In this document: positions 1 to 8,526 of the stretch, in pieces | How positions within the stretch are numbered: position 1 is the stretch's first letter | Layout: each line of letters begins with the position of its first letter | Assembly: GCF_000020385.1 (NCBI RefSeq) | Contig: NC_010814.1 | Span: 1,590,001-1,622,000 of the forward strand | From: Trichlorobacter lovleyi SZ | Lineage (GTDB): Bacteria > Desulfobacterota > Desulfuromonadia > Geobacterales > Pseudopelobacteraceae | Length of the DNA: 32,000 nucleotides | Direction: 5' to 3' | The notes under the pieces: generated by a model | Databases searched by the model: none | The model's input: the letters and a program-made list of their open reading frames with translations, nothing else | Told to the model about the DNA's origin: nothing | Made by a program: the position numbers and the translations under genes

Positions 1-786
1 GCTGAAGAAACAGAGCGCTATATTACCCTAAAGGGGGAGTTTGTCTTTCCGGGGGTATACCCCGTGTACCGTGGTGAACGTTTGAGTTCAGTTATCAGGC
101 GGGCAGGCGGATATACGGAGAGGGCCTACTTGCGCGCCGCAAAGTTGACTCGGCGTTCTGTGCAGGAACAGCAACAGAAACGGATGGATGAGGCGTTGCA
201 ACGCGCGGAGAAAGATCTGATGCAAAAACAGGCAACCTTGGCCAGCGTGGCTGCAAGTAAAGAGGAGTTGGAAAGTACCAAGGCTACTCTTGAGGCGTTG
301 ACAAAAACTATTGAGCAAATGCGTAAACTGAAAGCTGAAGGGCGGATCGTACTCAACCTTTCAGCATTGCAACAGTTTGAAGATAGCACCTATAACCTGG
401 TTCTTGAAGGTGGTGAAACGCTTGAGGTCCCGCCCCAACCGGGTGTGGTACATGTACTGGGTAATGTCTATAACCAGACCTCCTTTGTCTATGAACCGGA
501 GATGGACGACGTTGGCAGTTATCTTGAAAAAGCCGGCGGCCCGACATCAGACGCAGATGCATCTGAAATATATGTAGTTCGTGCTGATGGCTCTGTTGTT
601 AGCAAAAAACAGAGTTCAATTTGGCGGTTTGGTGGTTTTGACACTACCGCCATGTTGCCTGGTGACACCTTGGTCGTACCACAAAAGATCGAACGAACCG
701 CCTGGTTGCGTGATATTAAAGATATTACCCAGATTCTTTCAAACGTGGCTTTGGCTGCCGGCAGTGTTTACCTCTGGTTTAAGTAG
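1..786 (+). CDS. Polysaccharide export protein (OPX / Wza-family, SLBB domains), 3' part; the gene starts upstream of the window
   Basis: Frame 1 is open from base 1 (AEETERYITLKGEFVFPGVYPV...), so the GTG at 64 in the ORF track is not the true start. There are two SLBB-like units (LKGEFVFPGVY..G.RLSSVIRRAGGYT and VHVLGNVYNQTSF..VGSYLEKAGGPT..ADASEIYVVRADGS) separated by a charged coiled-coil-like stretch. The C-terminus has a hydrophobic helix (ILSNVALAAGSVYLWF). Confidence 0.65.
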   Translation, partial: AEETERYITLKGEFVFPGVYPVYRGERLSSVIRRAGGYTERAYLRAAKLTRRSVQEQQQKRMDEALQRAEKDLMQKQATLASVAASKEELESTKATLEALTKTIEQMRKLKAEGRIVLNLSALQQFEDSTYNLVLEGGETLEVPPQPGVVHVLGNVYNQTSFVYEPEMDDVGSYLEKAGGPTSDADASEIYVVRADGSVVSKKQSSIWRFGGFDTTAMLPGDTLVVPQKIERTAWLRDIKDITQILSNVALAAGSVYLWFK

Positions 787-814
787 TGTTGTGATATTGA
801 CATCCCCATCTGTA

Positions 815-1171
815 ATGCGCCTTTTGCTAGCAGGTGTTACAATTGCCGTGCTGTATCTCTCCCTGACCCCTGCTCCGCCAAGCGACGGGCTTGGGTGGGA
901 TAAGCTGAATCATGCCATAGCTATGGCTGTTGTCACCGTTATTGCTTTTCGTACGCTCCGGCCCGTTTCACCGCGGGCCATTTTATTAGGAGGGCTGTAT
1001 GCCCTGCTGCTGGGAGCGCTGATCGAGCTGTTGCAAGGTACGCTGACCACAACCCGTTCGGCTGAATGGGGTGACCTGCTGGCTGATGCTGTTGGTGTGG
1101 CGCTTGCCATGCCGGGTCTGTACCTGTGGAAGCGAAAGACAATTTTGAATGCTGAATTTGAGAGGCAATGA
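815..1171 (+). CDS. VanZ-like family membrane protein
   Basis: VanZ-type pattern WDKLNHAIAM ... LIELLQGTLTTTRSAEWGDLLADAVGVA with about 4 hydrophobic helices. The ORF-track start at 581 overlaps the upstream gene by 200 nt, so I moved the start to the first ATG after that gene's stop (GTG at 791 is an alternative). The stop overlaps the next start (ATGATG). Confidence 0.55.
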   Translation: MRLLLAGVTIAVLYLSLTPAPPSDGLGWDKLNHAIAMAVVTVIAFRTLRPVSPRAILLGGLYALLLGALIELLQGTLTTTRSAEWGDLLADAVGVALAMPGLYLWKRKTILNAEFERQ

Positions 1172-2016
1172 TGAATTTTAAATGGTGGGTTCCGCATTCA
1201 AAATTAAAAATTCAACAAATAACATTTTTTTTGCTCCTGTTTTTAACTCTTTTTTGCCAGCCTGTCCTGGCAGAGGACCCGACTGTGCGTGGCGAGTTGA
1301 AAGGTTTCAGCACCCGGCTGTGGGATGAGTCTGTTGATCTTGCCCGTACCCCCTTTACGCTGCAGGATGGCAATCTGTTCTGGACACTGGGGGTTGTCGG
1401 TGTGATCGGTCTGACCTATGCCTACGATGGGGATATCCGTGACAAACTTGCCGAAACCCACAGCAGGTCATTGGGGAAGCTGACCGACGCAGGAGAGCTG
1501 ATCGGTAATCCGTACCTGCATCTGGGGGTGGCTGCGCTGGTGTACGGTGGTGGCCTTGCAGCAGGTTCTCCAAAGTGGAAGGAGACCGGTGAGATGCTGG
1601 GCGAGGCGTTGATTCTTGCTGATGCCGTCACCCTGCTGGTCAAAGAGGGGACCGGTCGTGGACGTCCGGTGGCAACGGCACATAAGGATGACTTCAGACC
1701 GTTCCAGTTCAGGAATGATTACGATTCCTTTCCTTCCATGCATACAGCCAGTTCATTCGCCCTGGCTTCGGTGCTGGCCCACAGCTCGGAGAGTGTCCCG
1801 GTTGCGCTTGTATCCTACTCAGCTGCTGCATTTGTGGGATTTTCTCGTCTGTATCAGAATAAACACTGGGCCAGTGATGTCTTGCTCGGGGCGGCGATTG
1901 GTGAACTGGCCGGCCGCGTGGTAACCTCCTTCCACGCGGACAGGGGGAACAGGCTTGTACTGCTGCCGGCAGTCAGCGGAGACGCAGTGAGTATGAACCT
2001 GCTGTACCGTTTTTGA
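1168..2016 (+). CDS. PAP2-superfamily (acid / lipid phosphate) phosphatase with N-terminal signal peptide
   Basis: The three PAP2 motifs are present: K.......GRGRP (LVKEGTGRGRP), SFPSMHT, and SRLYQNKHWASDVLLG. The N-terminus FFLLLFLTLFCQPVLA-EDP looks like a cleavable signal. Confidence 0.8.
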   Translation: MMNFKWWVPHSKLKIQQITFFLLLFLTLFCQPVLAEDPTVRGELKGFSTRLWDESVDLARTPFTLQDGNLFWTLGVVGVIGLTYAYDGDIRDKLAETHSRSLGKLTDAGELIGNPYLHLGVAALVYGGGLAAGSPKWKETGEMLGEALILADAVTLLVKEGTGRGRPVATAHKDDFRPFQFRNDYDSFPSMHTASSFALASVLAHSSESVPVALVSYSAAAFVGFSRLYQNKHWASDVLLGAAIGELAGRVVTSFHADRGNRLVLLPAVSGDAVSMNLLYRF

Positions 2017-2116
2017 CGGTTGCTGTGTCGAGTGCCTGTCTGTACAAAATGAGGTGTACGCTTATCAGACAGACCACAGCCTGCTCGCCATGATCCTAAA
2101 TTTAGTTTATAATGAC

Positions 2117-2144
2117 TTGACAAGGATGGATTTTGCGGTATACG
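2117..2144 (+). promoter_or_regulatory. Candidate sigma70-type promoter for the 2216 gene
   Basis: TTGACA at 2117-2122, a 16-nt spacer, then TATACG at 2139-2144, about 70 nt upstream of the ATG. Found by sequence pattern only. Confidence 0.25.
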
Positions 2145-2215
2145 TTACTTTAAAGCTGTTTCTAATTGATTTAAGTGGTTGAAACGACAGTTAATACTTA
2201 GACAGGAGGAATAAA

Positions 2216-2938
2216 ATGAGAAAACCAAAAACAATCATGACAGGCGTAGCAGTTTTAGCAACATTAACGTTGCCATTGGTAGCTGGTGCCGCAAATAAGT
2301 TGGTGGTAAATGGAACGGACGGCGTTACACCAGTGATGACGGTGACGGATACGGGATGGGTTGGATCTGGTACCAGCGCTCCTGTTAGTCCATTCCATGC
2401 TGTTTCTAGTGGTAGTGTTTATCAAGCTGCTGGTCTTTTGTTTCAATTTCAGAATACTGAGGTTGCGCCACGCTCATTTGTAGCCCCCAACTTTTCTTTG
2501 TATCGTAATAACTCTGGTGGGGCCCTGCCTAATGCCAATGATGCGTTAGGTTATTTTAATTTCGGTTCAATAATATCTGGCGCTTATGCTAATCGAGCAT
2601 TAATTTATGGTAAAGCAGAAAAATTATGGACTAGTGCTACTGATAGTCCTTCATTCTTGCAGTTTATGACAAACCCCGGTGGAATAGCTGCAAACAGAGA
2701 AGTTATGCGTCTTGATAGCAAAGGTACAGCAACTGTAAATGGTGGGCTCCGTTTGTATCCTTATACTGGTACTGGTGGTGGTGATGTTGGTACCGGTACA
2801 ACTTTGCCTTCAAAGCCAGCATGCAGTGCTTCAACTCAGGGAACGCTCTGGTTCACAAAGTCTGCTGGCGCTGATACTCTGCAAATTTGTGCAGATGGCT
2901 CAACAGGCTTGGCTTGGAGAAATATTACAATTCCCTAA
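2216..2938 (+). CDS. Secreted protein of unknown function (signal peptide, Gly/Thr-rich linker, C-terminal Cys pair)
   Basis: Strong RBS (GACAGGAGGAATAAAATG). Signal peptide MRKPKTIMTGVAVLATLTLPLVAGA-ANK. The gene has its own intrinsic terminator and is visibly more AT-rich than the preceding genes. It weakly resembles tail-fibre / adhesin-like proteins with VG.GT... and L.F.T......E.MRL motifs, but I recognise no domain with confidence. Confidence 0.6.
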   Translation: MRKPKTIMTGVAVLATLTLPLVAGAANKLVVNGTDGVTPVMTVTDTGWVGSGTSAPVSPFHAVSSGSVYQAAGLLFQFQNTEVAPRSFVAPNFSLYRNNSGGALPNANDALGYFNFGSIISGAYANRALIYGKAEKLWTSATDSPSFLQFMTNPGGIAANREVMRLDSKGTATVNGGLRLYPYTGTGGGDVGTGTTLPSKPACSASTQGTLWFTKSAGADTLQICADGSTGLAWRNITIP

Positions 2939-2976
2939 TAATAAGATCTAGATGTACTCTTGCTGTGTTTCAGAGT

Positions 2977-3012
2977 GACGACCCTCTAGCTGTTTCAGAG
3001 GGTCGTTTTTTT
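2977..3012 (+). terminator. Rho-independent terminator of the 2216 gene
   Basis: ACGACCCTCT (2978-2987) pairs perfectly with AGAGGGTCGT (2997-3006) across a 9-nt loop. The stem is followed directly by a T-run to 3012. Confidence 0.8.
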
Positions 3013-3065
3013 ACAGTTTCAAGAAAATAGACGCTTGTCTCAACCTCGTTGAGTGTGAGGAAAAT

Positions 3066-3839
3066 ATGAATATTAAAGATTACGCGCCTGTTTTTATCGG
3101 GGGTGTTGGAGGAAGTGGAACAAGAGTGGTTACAGAAATCTTGAAAAAATCTGGCTTCTTTATGGGAAATAATCTGAATACTTCTAATGATTACCTTGAA
3201 TTTTCAAGACTTGGGGCTGGTTTGCGTCAACTCATGCAACTATATGGGAGTAAGACAAATACTGAAATATACAGCTATATTTTTGAAAAACTTGATGAAA
3301 TTACTGCATTAATGCAAACTGAGTTGTTAATGTCAGGTTGTAAATATAAAGGTTGGGGGTGGAAAACACCGCCTAATTTTATGATATTGGAAGAACTTGA
3401 AAAATACTATGGTAATATTAAATATATACATATTATCCGTGATGGACTTGATATGGCCTATAGTAGTAATTTAAACCAGATGAAGCTATGGGGATTCTAC
3501 TTTGGCATTAATTTAGAGAGCGGATTAACACCGCAGACTGCCTTAAAATATTGGTTGGCTGCGAATAAGTATGCCATAGAACTAGGTCATAACCTTTTGA
3601 GAGACAGGTTTTACTTGATTTCTTTTGAACAACTCTGCTGTGAAAAAGAAAAGGTTATTCGCGATTTGTTGAAATTTATTGAGGTGGAGCCGCTAGATAT
3701 TTCAGATTTGAGTGGATTGATAACACCGCCTGAAACAATAGGTAGATGCCAACAATACAGTTCTGATGTTTTTGATAATAATGATTTGGAAGAACTACAA
3801 AAAATCAGGCACTTGCTGCTTGAAAGTCCAATAAAGTGA
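3066..3839 (+). CDS. Sulfotransferase family protein (PAPS-dependent)
   Basis: N-terminal 5'-PSB-like P-loop PVFIGGVGGSGTRVV and a 3'-PB-like motif YIHIIRDGLDMAYS. RBS is GAGGAAAATATG. The region is low in GC. Confidence 0.75.
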   Translation: MNIKDYAPVFIGGVGGSGTRVVTEILKKSGFFMGNNLNTSNDYLEFSRLGAGLRQLMQLYGSKTNTEIYSYIFEKLDEITALMQTELLMSGCKYKGWGWKTPPNFMILEELEKYYGNIKYIHIIRDGLDMAYSSNLNQMKLWGFYFGINLESGLTPQTALKYWLAANKYAIELGHNLLRDRFYLISFEQLCCEKEKVIRDLLKFIEVEPLDISDLSGLITPPETIGRCQQYSSDVFDNNDLEELQKIRHLLLESPIK

Positions 3840-4063
3840 TAGATTCGCTAATTGCTTTCTTAGTTAGTATGCACTGCTGTCCCATAAATTGATTGAATAA
3901 AATCGGCCTTTGGGCGCATTAAAAACAGGCAAACAAAGTTAAAAAAGAGCTAAAAAACCAGAAACAGCTGAACTGAAAGCAACAAAGCAAACTCATAAAA
4001 CGACCGGTTGGTTGAAATGGACTCAAATCGAGTCGATTTTCAACGGCCTGTTAGAGAGTCTCT

Positions 4064-5542
4064 ATGCCAAAGTTAGATACTAAATTGCATCTTGATATGC
4101 TTCAAAATTCAAAAAAAGAAAATAAATTTGATGTTAATAGTGAAGTTTACGGTTTGCATTGGGGCGATCCTGAGACAGTGCCTCCGCTGAAGTATGTGCG
4201 TGATAGTTTCCTTTTGCCCTATATCACAACTTCAAGTACGGTTTTGGAGATTGGTGTTGGTGGCGGAAGATGGACGAGATATATGCTGAAAGCTAAGCAT
4301 CTATATGCAGTTGATTACCATGTTGAGCTGTTAGAAGAGCTTAAGCTGAATTATAATTATGATAATATGTCTTTTGTTTTAAATAATGGATATGACTTCC
4401 CAGGTGTCTTGAACCAAAGTGTTGATTTTATTTTTTCATTCGGGACATTCGTTCATTTGGATGTAGATATAATTAAAAAATATCTTATTAATATTAAATC
4501 AATACTAAAAGAAACTTCAAATGTTGTTATCCAGTATTCGGATATGAGGAAGCCGATGGCTCGGGCTTTAAAAGGATCTTTTTCTGAAAATGATCCTGAT
4601 ATTATGAAAAAACTCGTTAAGTCATGTGGATTTGAAATATATGAAGATGATGATCAAACATTATGGCATAGTGCAATAATTAGGTTTGGGCTTGTCAGCA
4701 AATCTATGATTTATGTTAATAATTTGTTTTATAAAGAGCAGCCAAACATTTTATTGCTGACATATGATAGTTGTCGGTATGATACACTTAAAGTAGCCAA
4801 CACACCGGTTCTTGATTCTTTTGTAGATATTGTTTCAGCTCAGGCTCCTGCAAACTTTACCTATCCATCACATTGTGCATTCTTCTGTGGTATTTTGCCA
4901 AATTCAAGCCTAAACCAACCGTATATTAACCGTTTTAACCGGCAGCTTTTTGGAATCTCTGATGTTGGGGAGACCAACGTTGTTAAAAAATCGTACTTGA
5001 AGATTCAAAGTAACTCAAATTTTGTTGATGGGCTAAGAGGTGCTGGATATCAGACGATTGGCTGTGGCGCAATGAATTGGTTTCGACAAGAAACGCTAAC
5101 CTCTTGTTTTGAAGACTATTTGTATACTGGTACAGATGCTGACAGCCAGATTGACTTTCTTCTTGCAAATCTCGACCCTTCAAGAAAGTTCTTCGGTTTT
5201 ATCAATTTTGGCGAAACGCATGCGCCTTTCTTTTATAAAGGTAAGAAAGATACATGCCCCGTAGATGTTCGTGCACGTATAATCAAATGGCCACCATGTG
5301 AAAGTCCTGGACCTGTCGGGCAAGCCAACGAGGCGTTTAGACACCAGGTGGAGGCCGCAGAGTTTTTAGATAGTAGATTAGCACGGCTTTTCTCTTCTGT
5401 TCCCTCTAACACCATTGTGGTTTTATGCGCAGATCATGGAGAGTGCTTTGGAGAGGATGGGTACTGGGGGCATGGTTTTAATCATCCAAAGGTGCTTGAA
5501 GTGCCCCTAGCTATTTTTAGACTAGACGGCAAGTTAATTTAA
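4064..5542 (+). CDS. Fusion protein: class I SAM-dependent methyltransferase (aa ~1-210) plus alkaline-phosphatase-superfamily (sulfatase-like) domain (aa ~225-492)
   Basis: Methyltransferase motif I VLEIGVGGGRWTRY and post-I/II motifs LYAVDY and VDFIFSFGTFVHL. The C-terminal half has NILLLTYDSCRYDT (metal-ligand Asp next to Ser/Cys) and CADHGECFGEDGYWGHG (the DHG...H metal site typical of sulfatase/AlkP-like enzymes). It is a single uninterrupted frame. Confidence 0.7.
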   Translation: MPKLDTKLHLDMLQNSKKENKFDVNSEVYGLHWGDPETVPPLKYVRDSFLLPYITTSSTVLEIGVGGGRWTRYMLKAKHLYAVDYHVELLEELKLNYNYDNMSFVLNNGYDFPGVLNQSVDFIFSFGTFVHLDVDIIKKYLINIKSILKETSNVVIQYSDMRKPMARALKGSFSENDPDIMKKLVKSCGFEIYEDDDQTLWHSAIIRFGLVSKSMIYVNNLFYKEQPNILLLTYDSCRYDTLKVANTPVLDSFVDIVSAQAPANFTYPSHCAFFCGILPNSSLNQPYINRFNRQLFGISDVGETNVVKKSYLKIQSNSNFVDGLRGAGYQTIGCGAMNWFRQETLTSCFEDYLYTGTDADSQIDFLLANLDPSRKFFGFINFGETHAPFFYKGKKDTCPVDVRARIIKWPPCESPGPVGQANEAFRHQVEAAEFLDSRLARLFSSVPSNTIVVLCADHGECFGEDGYWGHGFNHPKVLEVPLAIFRLDGKLI

Positions 5543-5558
5543 CGGTTTGGAGTGCTTG

Positions 5559-6395
5559 ATGAAGTTGGTAATGACCCTTTTGGTTCGTAATGAAGAAGAT
5601 ATTATTGAAGCTAATCTTGATTTCCATCTGAGTCAGGGCGTGGACTTTTTTGTTATAACGGATAATGCTTCTGGCGATAAAACACCTGATATTTTGCGAA
5701 AGTATGTTCTGGCAGGCAAAGCGCATGTCATTAACGAACCGCAGGATGACTATTCTCAGGATCTTTGGGTTACCCGTATGGCTAGAATGGCAGCGGTGGA
5801 GTATGGTGCCGACTGGGTAATTAACAACGATGCAGACGAATTTTGGTGGCCAAAGGCTGGTTCATTGCGTGATGTTTTCAGCTCTATAGGAGATGAATTT
5901 AATGTGGTTGAAGCTCATCGTTACAACTTTCCTCCCCTTAAAGGCTCTAACAATAACACACCTTTCTGGCAAAGATCATGTATTCGAGAAGTTGTGTCAA
6001 AGAATGCAGTTGGAAATATCTTACCGCCAAAGACAGCACACAGGGCGTTCTCAGATGCGTCTGTCGCTCAAGGAAATCATTCGGTTTCATTTGCCCAAAC
6101 ATCTGTAAAAATACTGAACTCGAATCCAATTGTTATATTTCATTACCCAATGAGGTCATACGAACAGTTCGAGTCTAAAATTAAATTGGGCGGGGCAGCG
6201 TATGAACGCAATACCAGACTCTCACCCCAAGTGGGTATCACATGGCGCAGCTTATATGAAGACTATAAGCAGAATAGATTAGTAGGGTATTATTCTAAAG
6301 AAGAGCTCACAGATGACCAGATTATCTCAGGTATCGATAACGGTATTTATGTACGTGATATTCGTTTGTGTGAATATTTCACTACCCAAATTTGA
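5559..6395 (+). CDS. Glycosyltransferase family 2-like protein (Glyco_tranf_2_4-type)
   Basis: N-terminus KLVMTLLVRNEEDIIEANLDFHLSQGVDFFVITDNASGDKTPDIL and a DxD-like NNDADEF. I prefer the ATG at 5559 (GGAG 5 nt upstream) over the TTG at 5547 in the ORF track. Confidence 0.55.
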   Translation: MKLVMTLLVRNEEDIIEANLDFHLSQGVDFFVITDNASGDKTPDILRKYVLAGKAHVINEPQDDYSQDLWVTRMARMAAVEYGADWVINNDADEFWWPKAGSLRDVFSSIGDEFNVVEAHRYNFPPLKGSNNNTPFWQRSCIREVVSKNAVGNILPPKTAHRAFSDASVAQGNHSVSFAQTSVKILNSNPIVIFHYPMRSYEQFESKIKLGGAAYERNTRLSPQVGITWRSLYEDYKQNRLVGYYSKEELTDDQIISGIDNGIYVRDIRLCEYFTTQI

Positions 6396-6446
6396 CTGCG
6401 TTTGCAATCTAATGTATACCGAGATATTGTTGAATCCCCATTTTGA

Positions 6447-7622
6447 ATGCCAAGGATGTCTCCAGTGCTATCAACCGAGCCAACCGACTCACAACCGTCG
6501 AACCCTTCATTGCTTTTTCGCATTATTAATCGTCTGCGTGGCATAAATCGGCTTTTTTTGCTGGCGGTGTTTCTGCCCACGACAGTCGCTATCATCTACT
6601 TTGGATTTTTTGCCTCGGATATCTATATTTCAGAATCCCGCTTTGTTATTCGCAGTCCCCAAAAACAGACCCCCACCGGATTGGGAGCCTTTCTGCAAGG
6701 TGCAGGTTTCTCAAAGTCTCAAGATGATACTTACACGGTGCATGATTTTATTAACTCGCGTGATGCCCTGCAACAGTTGAATCAAAAATATGGCTTGTCA
6801 AGTCTCTACGCCAGTAGGGGAATTGACCGTCTCAGCCGGTTTGGCGGGTTGGACTCTGATACCAGTAACGAGGCGTTGCATCGATATTATCAAAAGAAAA
6901 TAGTCGAGGTCAGCAATGATAGTGCTTCATCGATTACGACCCTGCGGGTAAAGTCTTTTACTGCAGCTGACGCCCGCAGTCTGAATGCCAGTTTGCTGGA
7001 AATGAGTGAAAAACTGGTGAATCAGCTGAATGAACGTGGACGTCAGGACCTGATCATGTTTGCCCAATCAGAGGTGGCTACTGCTGAGGCAAAGGCCAGG
7101 GCAGCTGCCTTGGCGTTATCGAGCTATCGCAATAAAAAAGGGGTGTTTGATCCGGAGAAGCAATCGGCTCTGCAACTGCAACAGATTTCTAAATTGCAGG
7201 ATGAGCTGATTGCAGCCAAAACGCAGTTGGCCCAGGTTCGCTCGGTTACCCACAACAATCCCCAGCTACCCGTCCTGCAAAAACGTATAGATGTACTACA
7301 GGCAGAAATTTCTGTTGAAACAGCAAAAGTGGCAGGGGGGGATCGTTCGTTAAGTGGTCAGGCCGCAGAGTATGAGCGTCTGGCGCTTGAGCGTAGCTTT
7401 GCGGATAAACAGCTTGCAGCAGCGTTGGCGTCACTTGAGCAGGCACGCAATGAGGCCCAGCGCAAGCAGTTGTATCTTGAACGGATAGTGCAACCCAGCC
7501 TGCCGGATTACCCGGTGGAGCCGAAGCGGTTACGGTCCATCGTTTCGACCTTTGCGGTGGGGATGATCTGTTGGGGAATTTTGACCATGCTGATTGCCGG
7601 TGTGCGGGAACATCATAATTAA
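6447..7622 (+). CDS. kpsE: Capsule polysaccharide export inner-membrane protein (PCP-3 family, KpsE/CtrB/BexC-like)
   Basis: N-terminal TM helix followed by IYFGFFASDIYISESRFVIRSP and DTYTVHDFINSRDAL. There is a long coiled-coil periplasmic region and a C-terminal TM helix (IVSTFAVGMICWGILTMLIAG). It lies immediately upstream of kpsM and kpsT. Confidence 0.85.
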   Translation: MPRMSPVLSTEPTDSQPSNPSLLFRIINRLRGINRLFLLAVFLPTTVAIIYFGFFASDIYISESRFVIRSPQKQTPTGLGAFLQGAGFSKSQDDTYTVHDFINSRDALQQLNQKYGLSSLYASRGIDRLSRFGGLDSDTSNEALHRYYQKKIVEVSNDSASSITTLRVKSFTAADARSLNASLLEMSEKLVNQLNERGRQDLIMFAQSEVATAEAKARAAALALSSYRNKKGVFDPEKQSALQLQQISKLQDELIAAKTQLAQVRSVTHNNPQLPVLQKRIDVLQAEISVETAKVAGGDRSLSGQAAEYERLALERSFADKQLAAALASLEQARNEAQRKQLYLERIVQPSLPDYPVEPKRLRSIVSTFAVGMICWGILTMLIAGVREHHN

Positions 7623-7641
7623 GCAAGGATGAACAAGACTG

Positions 7642-7693
7642 GAGGCAAAGATTGCCTCTGTGTATCTCCGTGCCTCAGTGCGAGGCAGTTTTT
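7642..7693 (+). promoter_or_regulatory. Two hairpins built from the same hexamer; the second resembles a weak intrinsic terminator or attenuator between kpsE and kpsM
   Basis: GAGGCAA (7642-7648) pairs with TTGCCTC (7652-7658) across a 3-nt loop. TGCCTC (7671-7676) pairs with GAGGCA (7682-7687) across a 5-nt loop, followed by G + TTTTT (7689-7693). AGGAG at 7696-7700 is the RBS for the ATG at 7711. Confidence 0.35.
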
Positions 7694-7710
7694 GTAGGAG
7701 TTTTGTATAT

Positions 7711-8526
7711 ATGACCTTTTCCGAAGGTAAAGCACCCCAATATTCCTCCACGTTGCTACGCTCATTCCAGATCCAGCTGCGGGTGATCGGCGCCCTGCTG
7801 ATGCGTGAGGTGCTTACCCGCTATGGCCGCCACAATATCGGTTTTTTGTGGGTATTTGTTGAGCCGATGATTTTTACGTTGGGTGTAACTGCGCTTTGGA
7901 CTTTTGCTAAAATGCATCACAACTCCAGTATTCCGATTGTTGCCTTTGCCGTTACGGGTTATTCTTCAGTGCTGCTGTGGCGTAATATGCCTAACCGTTG
8001 TGTTGGTTCTATAGAGCCTAATCTTGCACTTATGTATCATCGAAACGTAAAGGTTATTGATGTTTTTGCTGCTCGAGTGTTGCTTGAAGCAGTTGGGGCT
8101 TCAACTTCTTTTATTATCTTGTCAGTTGTTTTTATTTCAATTGGCTGGATGCAGTATCCTCAGGATATTTTTAAGGTTCTGACTGGATGGTGCATGTTAG
8201 CATGGTTCGGTGCTTCAATTGCGGTTTTGATGGGAAGTCTCAATGAACGGACAGAAGTTGTTGAAAAACTCTGGCATCCTGCTACTTATCTGCTATTTCC
8301 GTTGTCAGGTGCCGCTTTTATGGTTGATTGGCTGCCTCCCACGGCACAAAAAATTATCCTGTTTTTACCAATGGTGCATGGTGTAGAAATTCTGCGTGAA
8401 GGTTATTTTGGTTCTCTTGTCCGGTCCCACTACAGTATTTCTTATATGGCTTCCGTTTGCTTGATCCTAAATGCACTTGCGCTTGCCCAGGAAAGGTATG
8501 TGAGTAAGAGGATAATCCCAGAATGA
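7711..8526 (+). CDS. kpsM: Capsule polysaccharide ABC transporter permease (ABC-2 type)
   Basis: Multi-TM ABC-2 permease with [24 protein letters not shown] near the N-terminus. The start is set at the ATG at 7711 (AGGAG 10 nt upstream) rather than the GTG at 7660. It overlaps kpsT by ATGA. Confidence 0.85.
   Translation: MTFSEGKAPQYSSTLLRSFQIQLRVIGALLMREVLTRYGRHNIGFLWVFVEPMIFTLGVTALWTFAKMHHNSSIPIVAFAVTGYSSVLLWRNMPNRCVGSIEPNLALMYHRNVKVIDVFAARVLLEAVGASTSFIILSVVFISIGWMQYPQDIFKVLTGWCMLAWFGASIAVLMGSLNERTEVVEKLWHPATYLLFPLSGAAFMVDWLPPTAQKIILFLPMVHGVEILREGYFGSLVRSHYSISYMASVCLILNALALAQERYVSKRIIPE

Noticed and set aside
581-814. N-terminal 78 codons of the ORF-track entry 581-1171, which overlap the OPX gene.
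   Set aside because: A 200-nt overlap with a well-supported gene is implausible. The VanZ-like homology only begins after 815.
4011-4044. Imperfect hairpin (GTTGAAA..GACTC / GAGTC..TTTCAAC) plus the very A-rich, T-poor tract at about 3920-4005 upstream of the 4064 gene. I considered a terminator or a riboswitch-like leader.
   Set aside because: No U-tract follows the stem, there is an internal loop, and it resembles no structured RNA family I know. It may simply be leader or promoter DNA of a low-GC cassette. It is worth a glance in RNA-seq data but is not supportable as a feature.
4730-5542. Calling the C-terminal domain of the 4064 protein, and the 28110 protein, true sulfatases that would remove sulfate from the polymer.
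   Set aside because: Neither shows the C/S-x-P-x-R formylglycine signature. The 28110 protein has the polytopic N-terminal domain and Thr-containing motif of LtaS/EptA-type transferases. A hydrolytic sulfatase role is therefore not supported by the sequence.
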